From assembly GCA_043812655.1 (NCBI GenBank), contig JBDRLW010000042.1, positions 1-24,937 of the forward strand: DNA of 24,937 nucleotides. The letters are read 5' to 3'. Positions 15,320 through 23,861 of the stretch are shown one piece after another. Each line of letters starts with the position of its first letter. Positions within the stretch are counted from its first letter, which is position 1. The position numbers and the translations under genes are program-made. Below the pieces are notes generated by a model, which saw only the letters and a program-made list of their open reading frames with translations, did no database searches and had not been told where the DNA came from. The DNA is from a bacterium (lineage in GTDB: Bacteria > Margulisbacteria > WOR-1 > O2-12-FULL-45-9 > XYB2-FULL-48-7).

Positions 15320-18028
15320 ATGAACGAAGAATTATCAAAAGTCTATAATCCATCCGAAGTTGAACAGAAATGGTACAAGATCTGGGAAGAGAGCGGTTAT
15401 TTCAAACCTAACCAACTAACAGACAAACCAACTTTCACCATAGTCATTCCTCCGCCCAATGTCACAGGATCCCTCCATATGGGGCATGCTCTCAATAACT
15501 CGATCCAGGATGTTCTAATCCGTTATAAGAGGATGCAGGGGTTTAAAACATTATGGATCCCGGGGACAGATCATGCTGGGATAGCGACGCAAAATGTGGT
15601 GGAACGGGAACTGAAGAAGGAAGGGAAGAGGAAAGAGGATTTAGGGAGAGAAAAGTTCATTGAAAAAGTGTGGGAATGGAAGAAGGAGTACGGAGGACGG
15701 ATCACCCAACAATTACGCCGTTTAGGTGCTTCGTGCGACTGGTCGCGCGAGCGCTTTACGATGGATGAAGGGTTGTCGCGAGCTGTCCGCCGCCATTTTG
15801 TCCAACTCTATAAAGAGGGCTTAATTTATCGGGGGAAACGGATCATTAATTGGTGTCCCCGGTGTAAAACCGCTTTGTCGGATATTGAAGTTGAGCATGA
15901 GGCAAAAAAAGGCCATCTTTGGCATATAAAATATAGGGTCAAGGGTCAAGGGTCAAGTAGCCAGGAAGAATACATTGTTGTTGCGACAACCAGGCCAGAA
16001 ACGATGTTAGGTGACACGGCGATTGCTATTAATCCCAAAGATGAACGCTATAAGCATCTGTGGGGGACAACTGTCGAACTTCCGTTGATCGGCCGGCAGA
16101 TCCCGATCATTAAAGATGATTTCGTTGATCCTGCTTTTGGGACTGGTGCAGTTAAAGTTACTCCAGCTCATGATCCCAATGACTACGAAATGGGGATGCG
16201 GCACAATCTACCCTTTATTAATGTATTAACGCCGGATGGACGTGTTACGCTCAAGGAATTTGGGGATGATAAGGAGAAGGAGGGAGTAGCAGGGATAGAA
16301 GGTATGGATAGGTTTAAGGCAAGGGAAAAGTTGGTTGGTTTGTTAGAGGGGGCAGGTCTGTTAGTAAAAATAGAAGATTATGATAATTCTGTTGGCCATT
16401 GTTATCGGTGCAAGACGATAATTGAACCGTATTTATCTGACCAATGGTTTGTCAAAGTCGGGCCGTTGGCCGAAAAGGGGATCGCGGCGGTAGAAAAGGG
16501 GAAAATAGAATTTGTCCCCGACCGCTGGACTAAGGTTTATCTCCAGTGGATGACGAATTTACGCGATTGGTGCATTTCCCGCCAGCTTTGGTGGGGACAT
16601 CAGATCCCTGCCTGGTACTGCCAATGCGGCGAGATCATGGTGGCGGAAGAAAAGCCGGAAAAATGCCCAGAGTGCGGCAACCCAAATATAACTCAAGACC
16701 CGGATGTGTTTGACACGTGGTTTTCGTCGGCGCTATGGCCGTTTTCGACTTTAGGTTGGCCAGAGCAGACGGAGGATCTAAAAACTTTCTATCCGACTAA
16801 TGTTTTAGTTACTAGCTACGACATCATTTCTTTCTGGGTGGCCAGAATGATCATGGCTGGGATTCATTTTATGAAAGAAGCCCCTTTCCACACGGTCTAT
16901 ATCCACGGTTTAGTTAAGGATATCCACGGGAAGAAGATGAGTAAATCGTGGGGAAACGTGATCGATCCTTTGGAAGTGATCGATCGGGCGGGGGCGGACG
17001 CGCTCCGGTTCGCGTTCATCTCTCTTATTGCCGGTCAAGGGCAAGATGTTAAGCTGTCGGAAGATAAAATTACCGAAGCGCGGAATTTTGCGAATAAGAT
17101 CTGGAATGTTAGTCGATTTGTTTTAATGGGTACTGAAAACCTGCTCCTCCCCGTCGCGGTTTCCAGTAAGCTGGAATTGTCCGACCGATGGATCCTTTCC
17201 CGGTTAAACCAAACAATTAAGCAGGTAACAAAAAATCTTGATAACAATGAATTTGGAGAAGGGGCTAGAACTCTGTATGATTTCATTTGGTCGGAATTCT
17301 GCGATTGGTATGTTGAAATTGCCAAAATCAGACTTTATGGCGAAGATAAAGAGGCTAAGGAAGCTGTCCAAGCGGTTCTGATAGAAGTATTAACGACGAC
17401 GCTTAAATTGCTTCATCCTTTTATGCCTTTTATTACAGAAGAGATATGGCAGAGAATAAATTCTAAACCCGAAATCCTAAATCCTAAACAAATTCAAAAT
17501 CAAAAATCTGAAACAATAAATACCATTATGTTGGAAAAATGGCCGGAAGCGGATGAGAATAAAATAGACGCTAAAGCCGAAGAGGAGATGGCGAGGCTGA
17601 TGGAAGTGGTAAGAGCCGTTCGCAATATCAGGGCGGAATTTAATGTCTCGCATGGGAGTGAGATCGAGGTAGTGATCGTTTCCAGCCGATCATTTAATGA
17701 GACTTATTTGAAGTCGCTGGCTAAGACTGGGAAGATCACCATTAAGGCTAAGCTGGACAAGAAGCCTGACCAGTCGGCTTCGGCGGTGCTGGAGGGGGCA
17801 GAAGTTTATGTCTTGCTGGCCGGATTAATTGACCTGGAAAAAGAGAAGGGCCGCTTAACGAAAGACAAAGAAAAGTTGCAACAGGAATTAGTCAAGATCC
17901 AAACCAGGTTAAAAGACCAAAATTTCCTCTCGCGGGCTAATCCGGAATCGGTTGAAAAAGAAAAGGTGAAGGAAAAAGAATTTTCGCTTAAGATCTCTCT
18001 GCTTGAAAGTCGATTGGCGGCGCTGTAA
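15320..18028 (+). CDS. valS: valine--tRNA ligase
   Basis: PPPNVTGSLHMGH (HIGH), DWCISRQLWWGH, DTWFSS, KMSKS, C-terminal coiled coil. Confidence 0.98.
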   Translation: MNEELSKVYNPSEVEQKWYKIWEESGYFKPNQLTDKPTFTIVIPPPNVTGSLHMGHALNNSIQDVLIRYKRMQGFKTLWIPGTDHAGIATQNVVERELKKEGKRKEDLGREKFIEKVWEWKKEYGGRITQQLRRLGASCDWSRERFTMDEGLSRAVRRHFVQLYKEGLIYRGKRIINWCPRCKTALSDIEVEHEAKKGHLWHIKYRVKGQGSSSQEEYIVVATTRPETMLGDTAIAINPKDERYKHLWGTTVELPLIGRQIPIIKDDFVDPAFGTGAVKVTPAHDPNDYEMGMRHNLPFINVLTPDGRVTLKEFGDDKEKEGVAGIEGMDRFKAREKLVGLLEGAGLLVKIEDYDNSVGHCYRCKTIIEPYLSDQWFVKVGPLAEKGIAAVEKGKIEFVPDRWTKVYLQWMTNLRDWCISRQLWWGHQIPAWYCQCGEIMVAEEKPEKCPECGNPNITQDPDVFDTWFSSALWPFSTLGWPEQTEDLKTFYPTNVLVTSYDIISFWVARMIMAGIHFMKEAPFHTVYIHGLVKDIHGKKMSKSWGNVIDPLEVIDRAGADALRFAFISLIAGQGQDVKLSEDKITEARNFANKIWNVSRFVLMGTENLLLPVAVSSKLELSDRWILSRLNQTIKQVTKNLDNNEFGEGARTLYDFIWSEFCDWYVEIAKIRLYGEDKEAKEAVQAVLIEVLTTTLKLLHPFMPFITEEIWQRINSKPEILNPKQIQNQKSETINTIMLEKWPEADENKIDAKAEEEMARLMEVVRAVRNIRAEFNVSHGSEIEVVIVSSRSFNETYLKSLAKTGKITIKAKLDKKPDQSASAVLEGAEVYVLLAGLIDLEKEKGRLTKDKEKLQQELVKIQTRLKDQNFLSRANPESVEKEKVKEKEFSLKISLLESRLAAL
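15408..15433 (+). repeat. 3x octamer array in-frame in valS (CTAACCAA CTAACAGA CAAACCAA)
   Basis: Same units as the arms at 23730-23820. Confidence 0.65.
15935..15957 (+). repeat. 3x perfect heptamer AGGGTCA in-frame in valS
   Basis: AGGGTCA AGGGTCA AGGGTCA AG; encodes RVKGQGSS. Confidence 0.8.
17458..17517 (+). repeat. heptamer module (4x7 + AAAC + 3x7) in-frame in valS
   Basis: AAATTCT AAACCCG AAATCCT AAATCCT AAAC AAATTCA AAATCAA AAATCTG AAAC; encodes NSKPEILNPKQIQNQKSET. Confidence 0.8.
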
Positions 18029-18812
18029 GCCTCGTAATTCGTTCGATCTTTATCGTTTTTCCGCTTTGGCTGTCGATCATTATTAAAACAGCGTTGAAAA
18101 GACCCGGGCCAGTTGTGGCCGGTTCAAATTTTTCGGGGAGCTGAGTGATAAACTTTTTTAAGATCTGTTCTTTTTGCATCCCAATGACCGAATCTTGGGA
18201 GCCAACCATGCCGATGTCGGAGATATAACCTGTGCCGCCCGGTAAAACCCTGTTGTCGGCGGTCATGACATGGGTATGAGTGCCAACGACGGTGGAAACC
18301 TTGCCGTCTAAAAATAAACCCATGGCAACTTTTTCGGAAGTGGCTTCAGCGTGCATGTCAACGATCACGATCGGGGCTTCTTCTTTTACTTTGGGGAGCA
18401 GCTTTTCTGCCGCTTGGAATGGACAATCGACGCATTGCATAAAAACCCGGCCAAGCAGATTGACCACGCCGATCTTTTTACCCTTGGCCTCAACAACAAT
18501 ATAATCTTTTCCAGGGGTCCCTGCCGGGAAATTAGCTGGCCGAGCTAACCGGTCGAACTCATTGGCTTTTTTGAGGAGTTCCTTCTTTTCCCAGGTGTGG
18601 TTCCCCATGGTTAGAACGTCAATGCCATTATCAAGATAATAATTGTAGATCTTTTCGGTGATACTGTAGCCGTGGGCGGAATTCTCGCCATTGGCGATCG
18701 TCAGGTCAACGTTGTATTCCGCCTTAAGACCGGGCAATAATTCTTTAACTATGGCCCGGCCGTACGAACCGACAATATCACCGATAAATAAGATGTTAAT
18801 GCTATTTGGCAA
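17988..18812 (-). CDS. ymdB: YmdB/TIGR00282-family metallophosphoesterase
   Basis: ILFIGDIVG, ANGENSAHG, TMGNH, DMHAEATSEK, GTHTHV; probable TTG start at 18812 coupled to the rny stop. Confidence 0.92.
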   Translation of the reverse strand: MPNSINILFIGDIVGSYGRAIVKELLPGLKAEYNVDLTIANGENSAHGYSITEKIYNYYLDNGIDVLTMGNHTWEKKELLKKANEFDRLARPANFPAGTPGKDYIVVEAKGKKIGVVNLLGRVFMQCVDCPFQAAEKLLPKVKEEAPIVIVDMHAEATSEKVAMGLFLDGKVSTVVGTHTHVMTADNRVLPGGTGYISDIGMVGSQDSVIGMQKEQILKKFITQLPEKFEPATTGPGLFNAVLIMIDSQSGKTIKIERITRLTAPPIDFQAERS

Positions 18813-20349
18813 TGTCTGATGTTCTCGTTTCTCTGATGACGGTGACTCTAATTTCACCCGGATATTCTAGTTCAGCCTCAACTTTTTTAGCGATATCGTG
18901 GGCGAGCTTGGCGGCCAGGTCGTCATTGATCTTTTCCGGTTGGACGATAACCCGGACTTCACGGCCGGCCGAAATGGCGTAAACTTTTTCCACGCCGTCA
19001 AAAGATTTAGCGACAGTCTCTAGTTTTTCCAGCCGTTTGACATAAGCTTCGAGGGTATCTCTTCTGGCTCCCGGCCTGGCGCTCGAGATACCGTCGCAAA
19101 CCTGGACGATGACCGCTTCGACGGTCCGCGGGGCAACATCATTATGATGGGCCTCGATCGCGTGCAAGACTTCCGGCGACTCACCCGCTTTTTCGGCGAA
19201 CATGACGCCCAGCCTGGTGTGGGTCCCTTCGGTATCCTGGTCGATCGCCTTACCAAGATCGTGTAACAGGGCGGCCCGCTTGGCTAAATTAATATTGACG
19301 CCAAGCTCCGACGCCAGCATCCCTGCCAGGTGAGACATTTCGACTGAATGTTGGAGGACGTTTTGGCCGTAAGAAGTCCGGTAATGCAGCCTGCCGAGCA
19401 ATTGGATGATCGCTGGTGGTAATCCGTGGACTCCTGTTTCCATGGCGGCCCGTTCGCCGTGTTCCCACATTGCCGCCTTGAGTTCAGTCTTTGATTTTTC
19501 AAACATTTCTTCAACCCGAGCCGGGTGGATCCGGCCGTCAACGACTAGCTTTTGCAGGGTAAGCTTAGCTGTCTCTCGCCTTAGAGGATCAAAGCTTGAA
19601 AGGATAACAGCTTCCGGCGTATCATCAACGATCAGGTCGACGCCGGTCAAAGTTTCAAATGCCCGGATATTGCGGCCTTCCCGCCCGATGATCCGGCCCT
19701 TCATATCGTCGCTAGGGATCTCGACCATTGAAGTTGTTGTTTCAACTACGTGGTCAACGGCACAACGTTGGATCGCGGTGGCTAAAATTTCGCGCGCTTT
19801 CTTATCGCTCTCTTTTTTGATCTCTTCTTCATTGGCCTTGATCCTCTTACTTGCTTCGATCTCCAGCTCTTTGTCTAACCTGGTTAAAAGTTCTGCTCTG
19901 GCCTGTTCACGGGAGAGGGCGGCGACTTTTTCCAGCTCAACGATCAACTGGTCTTTAACCACCGATAAAGTATCTTTTAATTTTAAAAGATCTTCTTCGG
20001 CTTTTTTGATCAATTTTTCCCGGGCATCAAAATTCTTTTCTTTGTTTTCCAGGTGGTCTTCGCGCGACTGAAGACGGCGTTCTAAGGCGGTCAGTTCTCC
20101 CTTCCGTTCTTTTGCCTCCCGTTCAAAATCGTGTCGCTGCCTGATCGCTTCATCTTTAGCTTCGAGGAGCGCTTCCTTTTTGACCCGTTCCGAATCTTTC
20201 TTGGCATCTTCCAAGATCCGCTTGGCCGTTTCTTCGGCGATCCGGACTTTTTGTTCGGCCCCCCGTCTTTTAATGATCAGGTAGGCAACAGCTAAACCAA
20301 AAACGACTAAGGCAGCGACAACTAAATATAACAATGAGTAAATATCCAT
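18802..20349 (-). CDS. rny: ribonuclease Y
   Basis: N-terminal TM, coiled coil, KH (KGRIIGREGRNIR), HD domain (LLHDLGK); SD AGGAGG. Confidence 0.97.
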   Translation of the reverse strand: MDIYSLLYLVVAALVVFGLAVAYLIIKRRGAEQKVRIAEETAKRILEDAKKDSERVKKEALLEAKDEAIRQRHDFEREAKERKGELTALERRLQSREDHLENKEKNFDAREKLIKKAEEDLLKLKDTLSVVKDQLIVELEKVAALSREQARAELLTRLDKELEIEASKRIKANEEEIKKESDKKAREILATAIQRCAVDHVVETTTSMVEIPSDDMKGRIIGREGRNIRAFETLTGVDLIVDDTPEAVILSSFDPLRRETAKLTLQKLVVDGRIHPARVEEMFEKSKTELKAAMWEHGERAAMETGVHGLPPAIIQLLGRLHYRTSYGQNVLQHSVEMSHLAGMLASELGVNINLAKRAALLHDLGKAIDQDTEGTHTRLGVMFAEKAGESPEVLHAIEAHHNDVAPRTVEAVIVQVCDGISSARPGARRDTLEAYVKRLEKLETVAKSFDGVEKVYAISAGREVRVIVQPEKINDDLAAKLAHDIAKKVEAELEYPGEIRVTVIRETRTSDIAK

Positions 20350-20360
20350 CTTAATTCCTC

Positions 20361-20391
20361 CTAACTAGCATTCTAACCAACTAACTAACTA
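20361..20391 (+). repeat. octamer array CTAACTAG..CTAACCAA CTAACTAA CTA in the recA-rny spacer
   Basis: Same unit family as 23730-23820; the final CTA is the recA TAG stop. Confidence 0.6.
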
Positions 20392-21444
20392 TTGTAACGC
20401 TACTGCAGCCAACGCCTTCCTGATCTCCCCTTCGATCTTATTGGTCAACTTGGGATTATCCTTAAGATGTTTGATCGCGCCATCAAAACCTTGTCCCAAT
20501 TTTTCGGTCCCATAAGTGAACCATGAACCGTTCTTAGCGATGATATTATGTCCGACAGCCAGATCGATAATATCGGCTTCACGGAGCACCCCTTGGCCGT
20601 GGATCAAGACGAAGCTGGCTTCACGGAAGGGCGGAGCGACCTTGTTCTTCACGACTTTAACTTTGGTCCTGGTCCCGATGATCTTATCGGCATCTTTAAT
20701 TTTCTCGCCGGCCCGGACATCTAACCTGACCGAAGAGTAAAATTTAAGGGCCCGACCGCCGGGGGTTGTTTCTGGGTTGCCGAACATGATGCCGATCTTT
20801 TCCCGGAGCTGGTTGATAAAGATCATGACCGTTTTTGATTTAGAAATAACGCCGGTCAATTTCCTAAGCGCTTGGGACATCAGCCTGGCTTGAAGGCCAA
20901 CGACTGAATCGCCCATGTCGCCTTCGATCTCTGATTTAGGAACCAGGGCCGCGACTGAATCGATGACAATGATGTCGAGCGCGCCGGAGCGGATCAAAGT
21001 TTCCGCGATTTCCAGTGCCTGCTCGCCGTAATCTGGCTGGGAGATCAACAGGTTTTCAATGTTGACACCCAACCTGGCCGCGTATTTTGGGTCCATCGAG
21101 TGCTCGGCATCGATAAAAGCCGCTACACCGCCTCTCTTTTGGGCTTCAGCTACCGCGTGCAGTGTCACGGTTGTCTTTCCGCCGCCTTCAGGGCCAAAGA
21201 TCTCAATTATTCTTCCTCTGGGCAGACCGCCGACGCCAAGGGCGGCGTCAAGGGACAAGACTCCGGTCGGAATTGTTTCGACGTTTAATTTTGTCGCTTC
21301 CCCCATCTTCATGATCGACCCTTTGCCAAAATTCTTTTCGATCTGGGCGATCGCGATCCCCAGCGCCTTCCCTTTGCCTTCGATCGTGCTGGCCGAACTC
21401 AAACTCTTCTCTTCCTTTTTTTCTTCGCGTCCATATGTTCTCAT
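20389..21444 (-). CDS. recA: recombinase A
   Basis: [54 protein letters not shown]. Confidence 0.99.
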   Translation of the reverse strand: MRTYGREEKKEEKSLSSASTIEGKGKALGIAIAQIEKNFGKGSIMKMGEATKLNVETIPTGVLSLDAALGVGGLPRGRIIEIFGPEGGGKTTVTLHAVAEAQKRGGVAAFIDAEHSMDPKYAARLGVNIENLLISQPDYGEQALEIAETLIRSGALDIIVIDSVAALVPKSEIEGDMGDSVVGLQARLMSQALRKLTGVISKSKTVMIFINQLREKIGIMFGNPETTPGGRALKFYSSVRLDVRAGEKIKDADKIIGTRTKVKVVKNKVAPPFREASFVLIHGQGVLREADIIDLAVGHNIIAKNGSWFTYGTEKLGQGFDGAIKHLKDNPKLTNKIEGEIRKALAAVALQ

Positions 21445-21457
21445 AAACTTTTCCTCC

Positions 21458-22012
21458 TTATAAAACTTCTTTTCCGCCTAAATGGAGCCAAAGCAACCCG
21501 AGACAGGCTTGGGCGGCTTTTTCCCTGATTTCAGCCCGCGTCCCCATTAACCCAAGCTCTTTCCACTCGACCACATTTTGCGCCGACAGCGCAATGTAAA
21601 CCCGACCGACCGGTGCCGGGGGGAGGGGTTCCGGCCCCGCCACTCCAGTTACCGCCAGGCCGATATCGGTCCGAAACCGTTTCCTGATCTCTTCAGCCAT
21701 CGAGATGGCAGTCTCTTTACTGACGACGCCATACTGGCTGATCACCGCGGCCGGCACCCCGACCTGGGTGACTTTTATCCGCGGGGAATAACAAACTATC
21801 CCGCCGATAAAATAATCAGAGCTTCCAGGCAAGGCCGTCAATCGGCTGGAGACTAAGCCGCTGGTGACCGATTCCGCGACCGAGACCGTCTGCTTGGTGC
21901 TTCCCAAGATCTCCGCGACCTGTTCATCGGTCGTTCGGCCGATCGCCGACAAGACCTTGGCAAAAAAATCTTCTAACTTAACTTCAGTTGTTTGAAGAGC
22001 TTGCTCTCCCAC
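21458..22012 (-). CDS. cinA: CinA C-terminal domain protein / nicotinamide-nucleotide amidohydrolase (PncC-like)
   Basis: [30 protein letters not shown] at 22012 with SD GGAGGGG; lacks the N-terminal CinA domain. Confidence 0.85.
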   Translation of the reverse strand: MGEQALQTTEVKLEDFFAKVLSAIGRTTDEQVAEILGSTKQTVSVAESVTSGLVSSRLTALPGSSDYFIGGIVCYSPRIKVTQVGVPAAVISQYGVVSKETAISMAEEIRKRFRTDIGLAVTGVAGPEPLPPAPVGRVYIALSAQNVVEWKELGLMGTRAEIREKAAQACLGLLWLHLGGKEVL

Positions 22013-22470
22013 AAATATGCCCCTCCGGAAACCAGGGACAGTAAAGCTGCCAGCCAAAGGATAAATCCGGCCAGCGGTAAGTTAAGGAGCAAAAAGAAAA
22101 TGGCAACTAGTTGTAAAACGGTTTTCCATTTGGCGATCACGATCGCCGCAAAAACCTTGTTGCTTCTGATGGTTGAGACCGTTATTTCTCTGGCGCAGAT
22201 CAAGATAATGGGAAGAGGGTCAGCTTTGCCGATACCGGTCAGCCCGATCAGCATTGATAAAACTAGGATCTTGTCAGCTAGGGGATCGAGTTGTTTACCC
22301 AATTCCGAAACCTGGTTATATTTCCTGGCAATAAAACCATCTATGGCATCGGAAGCGGAGAGAATGACAAAGATTATTGCCGCTAAACCATACAAGCTGG
22401 TGAGCAAGCAGATCAGGCAGAGAGGGATTAAAGCAATGCGCAGTAGTGTTACGCGGTTGGCTAGGGTCAA
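21973..22470 (-). CDS. pgsA: CDP-diacylglycerol--glycerol-3-phosphate 3-phosphatidyltransferase
   Basis: ANRVTLLRI, DAIDGFIARKYNQVSELGKQLDPLADK CDP-alcohol motif; position between rimO and cinA. Confidence 0.92.
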   Translation of the reverse strand: MTLANRVTLLRIALIPLCLICLLTSLYGLAAIIFVILSASDAIDGFIARKYNQVSELGKQLDPLADKILVLSMLIGLTGIGKADPLPIILICAREITVSTIRSNKVFAAIVIAKWKTVLQLVAIFFLLLNLPLAGFILWLAALLSLVSGGAYLWESKLFKQLKLS

Positions 22471-23705
22471 GTAAGAGAGCCGATAAGATCATAAGTCCTC
22501 GCTTTGGTTATACGAGCCTTGATGATCTCACCCGGTGATAGTGATTTGTTTGACCTGACCAGAACATTACCGTCGATGCCGGGAGCATCCATGTAACTTC
22601 GGCCGACGTAGTAACCGCCGGCTTGGCTCCCTTCAATCAAGACTGCTAATGTTTGACCGATCATCTTTTCGCCTAATTCCCTGGAAAGGCGCGCCCCGAG
22701 GCGCATTAACTGTTTAACCCGTTTGACTTTAATTGGCCCGGAAACCTGCTCCCTCAATTTGCTGGCAGGAGTTCCTTTTTCTTTCTGGTAAGCGAAAGCG
22801 CCGAGGCGCTCAAACCTTACGCGACCAATAAAATCAAGAAGCTCACGGAAATCAGCCTCGTTTTCACCGGGAAACCCAACGATGACCGTTGTCCGCAACG
22901 CTATCTGTGGAATTTTCCTCCTAATATTATGAATTAAATTTTCAAGCCGCTCCCCCGAAAAATGGGGACGGTTCATTGACCTTAATATTTTATCACTCGA
23001 GTGCTGGATTGGCAAGTCTAAATATTTGACGATCTTATCTTCATTAGCCATTACCTCAAGTACTTTATCGCTAAGATGGGTTGGGTGGGCGTACATTAGT
23101 CTGATCCAGGCAATTCCTTTGATTTTAGCTGATCTTTCAAGGATTTCTGGGAGGTTAGGGTGGGCAGTTGTGTCTTGAGCGATAAATATCATTTCTTTAA
23201 CGCCCCTTGCGGCTAAACCTTTAACTTCGCTAATAATATCGTCAACTTCGCGAACTTGGAGTTTGCCTCTGATCGAAGGGATTAGACAATAAGAACAGCG
23301 GTTATCACAACCTTCGGCAATTTTGACGTAGGCGTACCAAGGGGAGGTGGCTTTAATCCGGGGGGTGCAATAGTTGAACAAACCAATACTATCGATAGTT
23401 CCGTCAACGCCCTCACCCCAGGCCCCTCTCCCAGAGGGAGAGAGGTGGTCTAGATATTTTGGCAAACATCCCGCGATTAATAATTGTTTACACTTGCCTT
23501 TCTTTTTCCAATTGGCCATTTCTTTGATGGTTTTAAGGGCTTCGTCGCGGGCGGTTTTGAGAAAGGCGCAGGTATTGACGACAATAGTGTCAGCTTCGGC
23601 AGGATTAGTCGTGATCTCATAGCCAGAAGCGGCGAGTTTCCCCATCAAAACTTCCGTGTCGGTTAAGTTTTTAGGACAGCCGAGCGAAACAAAGTAGGCT
23701 TTCAT
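22467..23705 (-). CDS. rimO: ribosomal protein S12 methylthiotransferase
   Basis: SLGCPKNLTD, VNTCAF, AGC, radical-SAM CDNRCSYC, DAPGIDG, TRAM domain. Confidence 0.9.
   Translation of the reverse strand: MKAYFVSLGCPKNLTDTEVLMGKLAASGYEITTNPAEADTIVVNTCAFLKTARDEALKTIKEMANWKKKGKCKQLLIAGCLPKYLDHLSPSGRGAWGEGVDGTIDSIGLFNYCTPRIKATSPWYAYVKIAEGCDNRCSYCLIPSIRGKLQVREVDDIISEVKGLAARGVKEMIFIAQDTTAHPNLPEILERSAKIKGIAWIRLMYAHPTHLSDKVLEVMANEDKIVKYLDLPIQHSSDKILRSMNRPHFSGERLENLIHNIRRKIPQIALRTTVIVGFPGENEADFRELLDFIGRVRFERLGAFAYQKEKGTPASKLREQVSGPIKVKRVKQLMRLGARLSRELGEKMIGQTLAVLIEGSQAGGYYVGRSYMDAPGIDGNVLVRSNKSLSPGEIIKARITKARTYDLIGSLT
23410..23445. repeat. REP-like element CCCTCACCCCAGGCCCCTCTCCCAGAGGGAGAGAGG in-frame in rimO
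   Basis: Hairpin CTCTCCC-AGA-GGGAGAG preceded by CCCTCACCCC; translated as LSPSGRGAWGEG. Confidence 0.75.
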
Positions 23706-23711
23706 ATAAAA

Positions 23712-23720
23712 ATTATAACA
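23712..23720 (-). promoter_or_regulatory. extended -10 TGT TATAAT, 6 nt before the rimO ATG (leaderless-type)
   Basis: Minus strand TGTTATAAT-TTTTAT-ATG. Confidence 0.65.
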
Positions 23721-23729
23721 TGGGGGAGG

Positions 23730-23820
23730 GTTGGTTTGTTTGTTGGTTGGCTAGTTTGTTAGAGGGAAGAGGAGAAGGAAAATTTATCTAACAAACTAAC
23801 AGACTATCCAACTAACCGAC
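23730..23820. repeat. inverted pair of 4x octamer arrays
   Basis: + arm CTAACAAA CTAACAGA CTATCCAA CTAACCGA; - arm CTAACAAA CTAGCCAA CCAACAAA CAAACCAA; inner 12 bp perfect (TAGTTTGTTAGA/TCTAACAAACTA) around a 23-nt purine-rich spacer. Confidence 0.85.
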
Positions 23821-23826
23821 AAAAAG

Positions 23827-23855
23827 TTGCTCATCTTAACAATAAATTATATACT
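23827..23855 (+). promoter_or_regulatory. sigma70 promoter TTGCTC-N17-TATACT, 6 nt before the crcB ATG
   Basis: Canonical spacing; no SD. Confidence 0.6.
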
Positions 23856-23861
23856 TAAAAT

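Noticed and set aside
15600..15700. Purine-rich stretch in valS
   Set aside because: Explained by Glu/Lys/Arg/Gly codons in a conserved region
17988..18028. 41-nt convergent overlap of valS and ymdB
   Set aside because: Short tail-to-tail overlaps are common in compact genomes
19406..20071. 221-aa + strand ORF and similar antisense ORFs over ftsH, recA and pgsA
   Set aside because: Opposite well-conserved genes; no motifs or start signals
17988..23705. rimO-pgsA-cinA-recA-rny-ymdB cluster as a novel system
   Set aside because: Well-known conserved gene order in Firmicutes and related phyla
4282..23820. CRISPR interpretation of the repeats
   Set aside because: Units are 7-8 nt and contiguous, with no spacers and no cas genes
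23821..23861. Fluoride riboswitch upstream of crcB
   Set aside because: No recognisable motif, and the promoter leaves no leader
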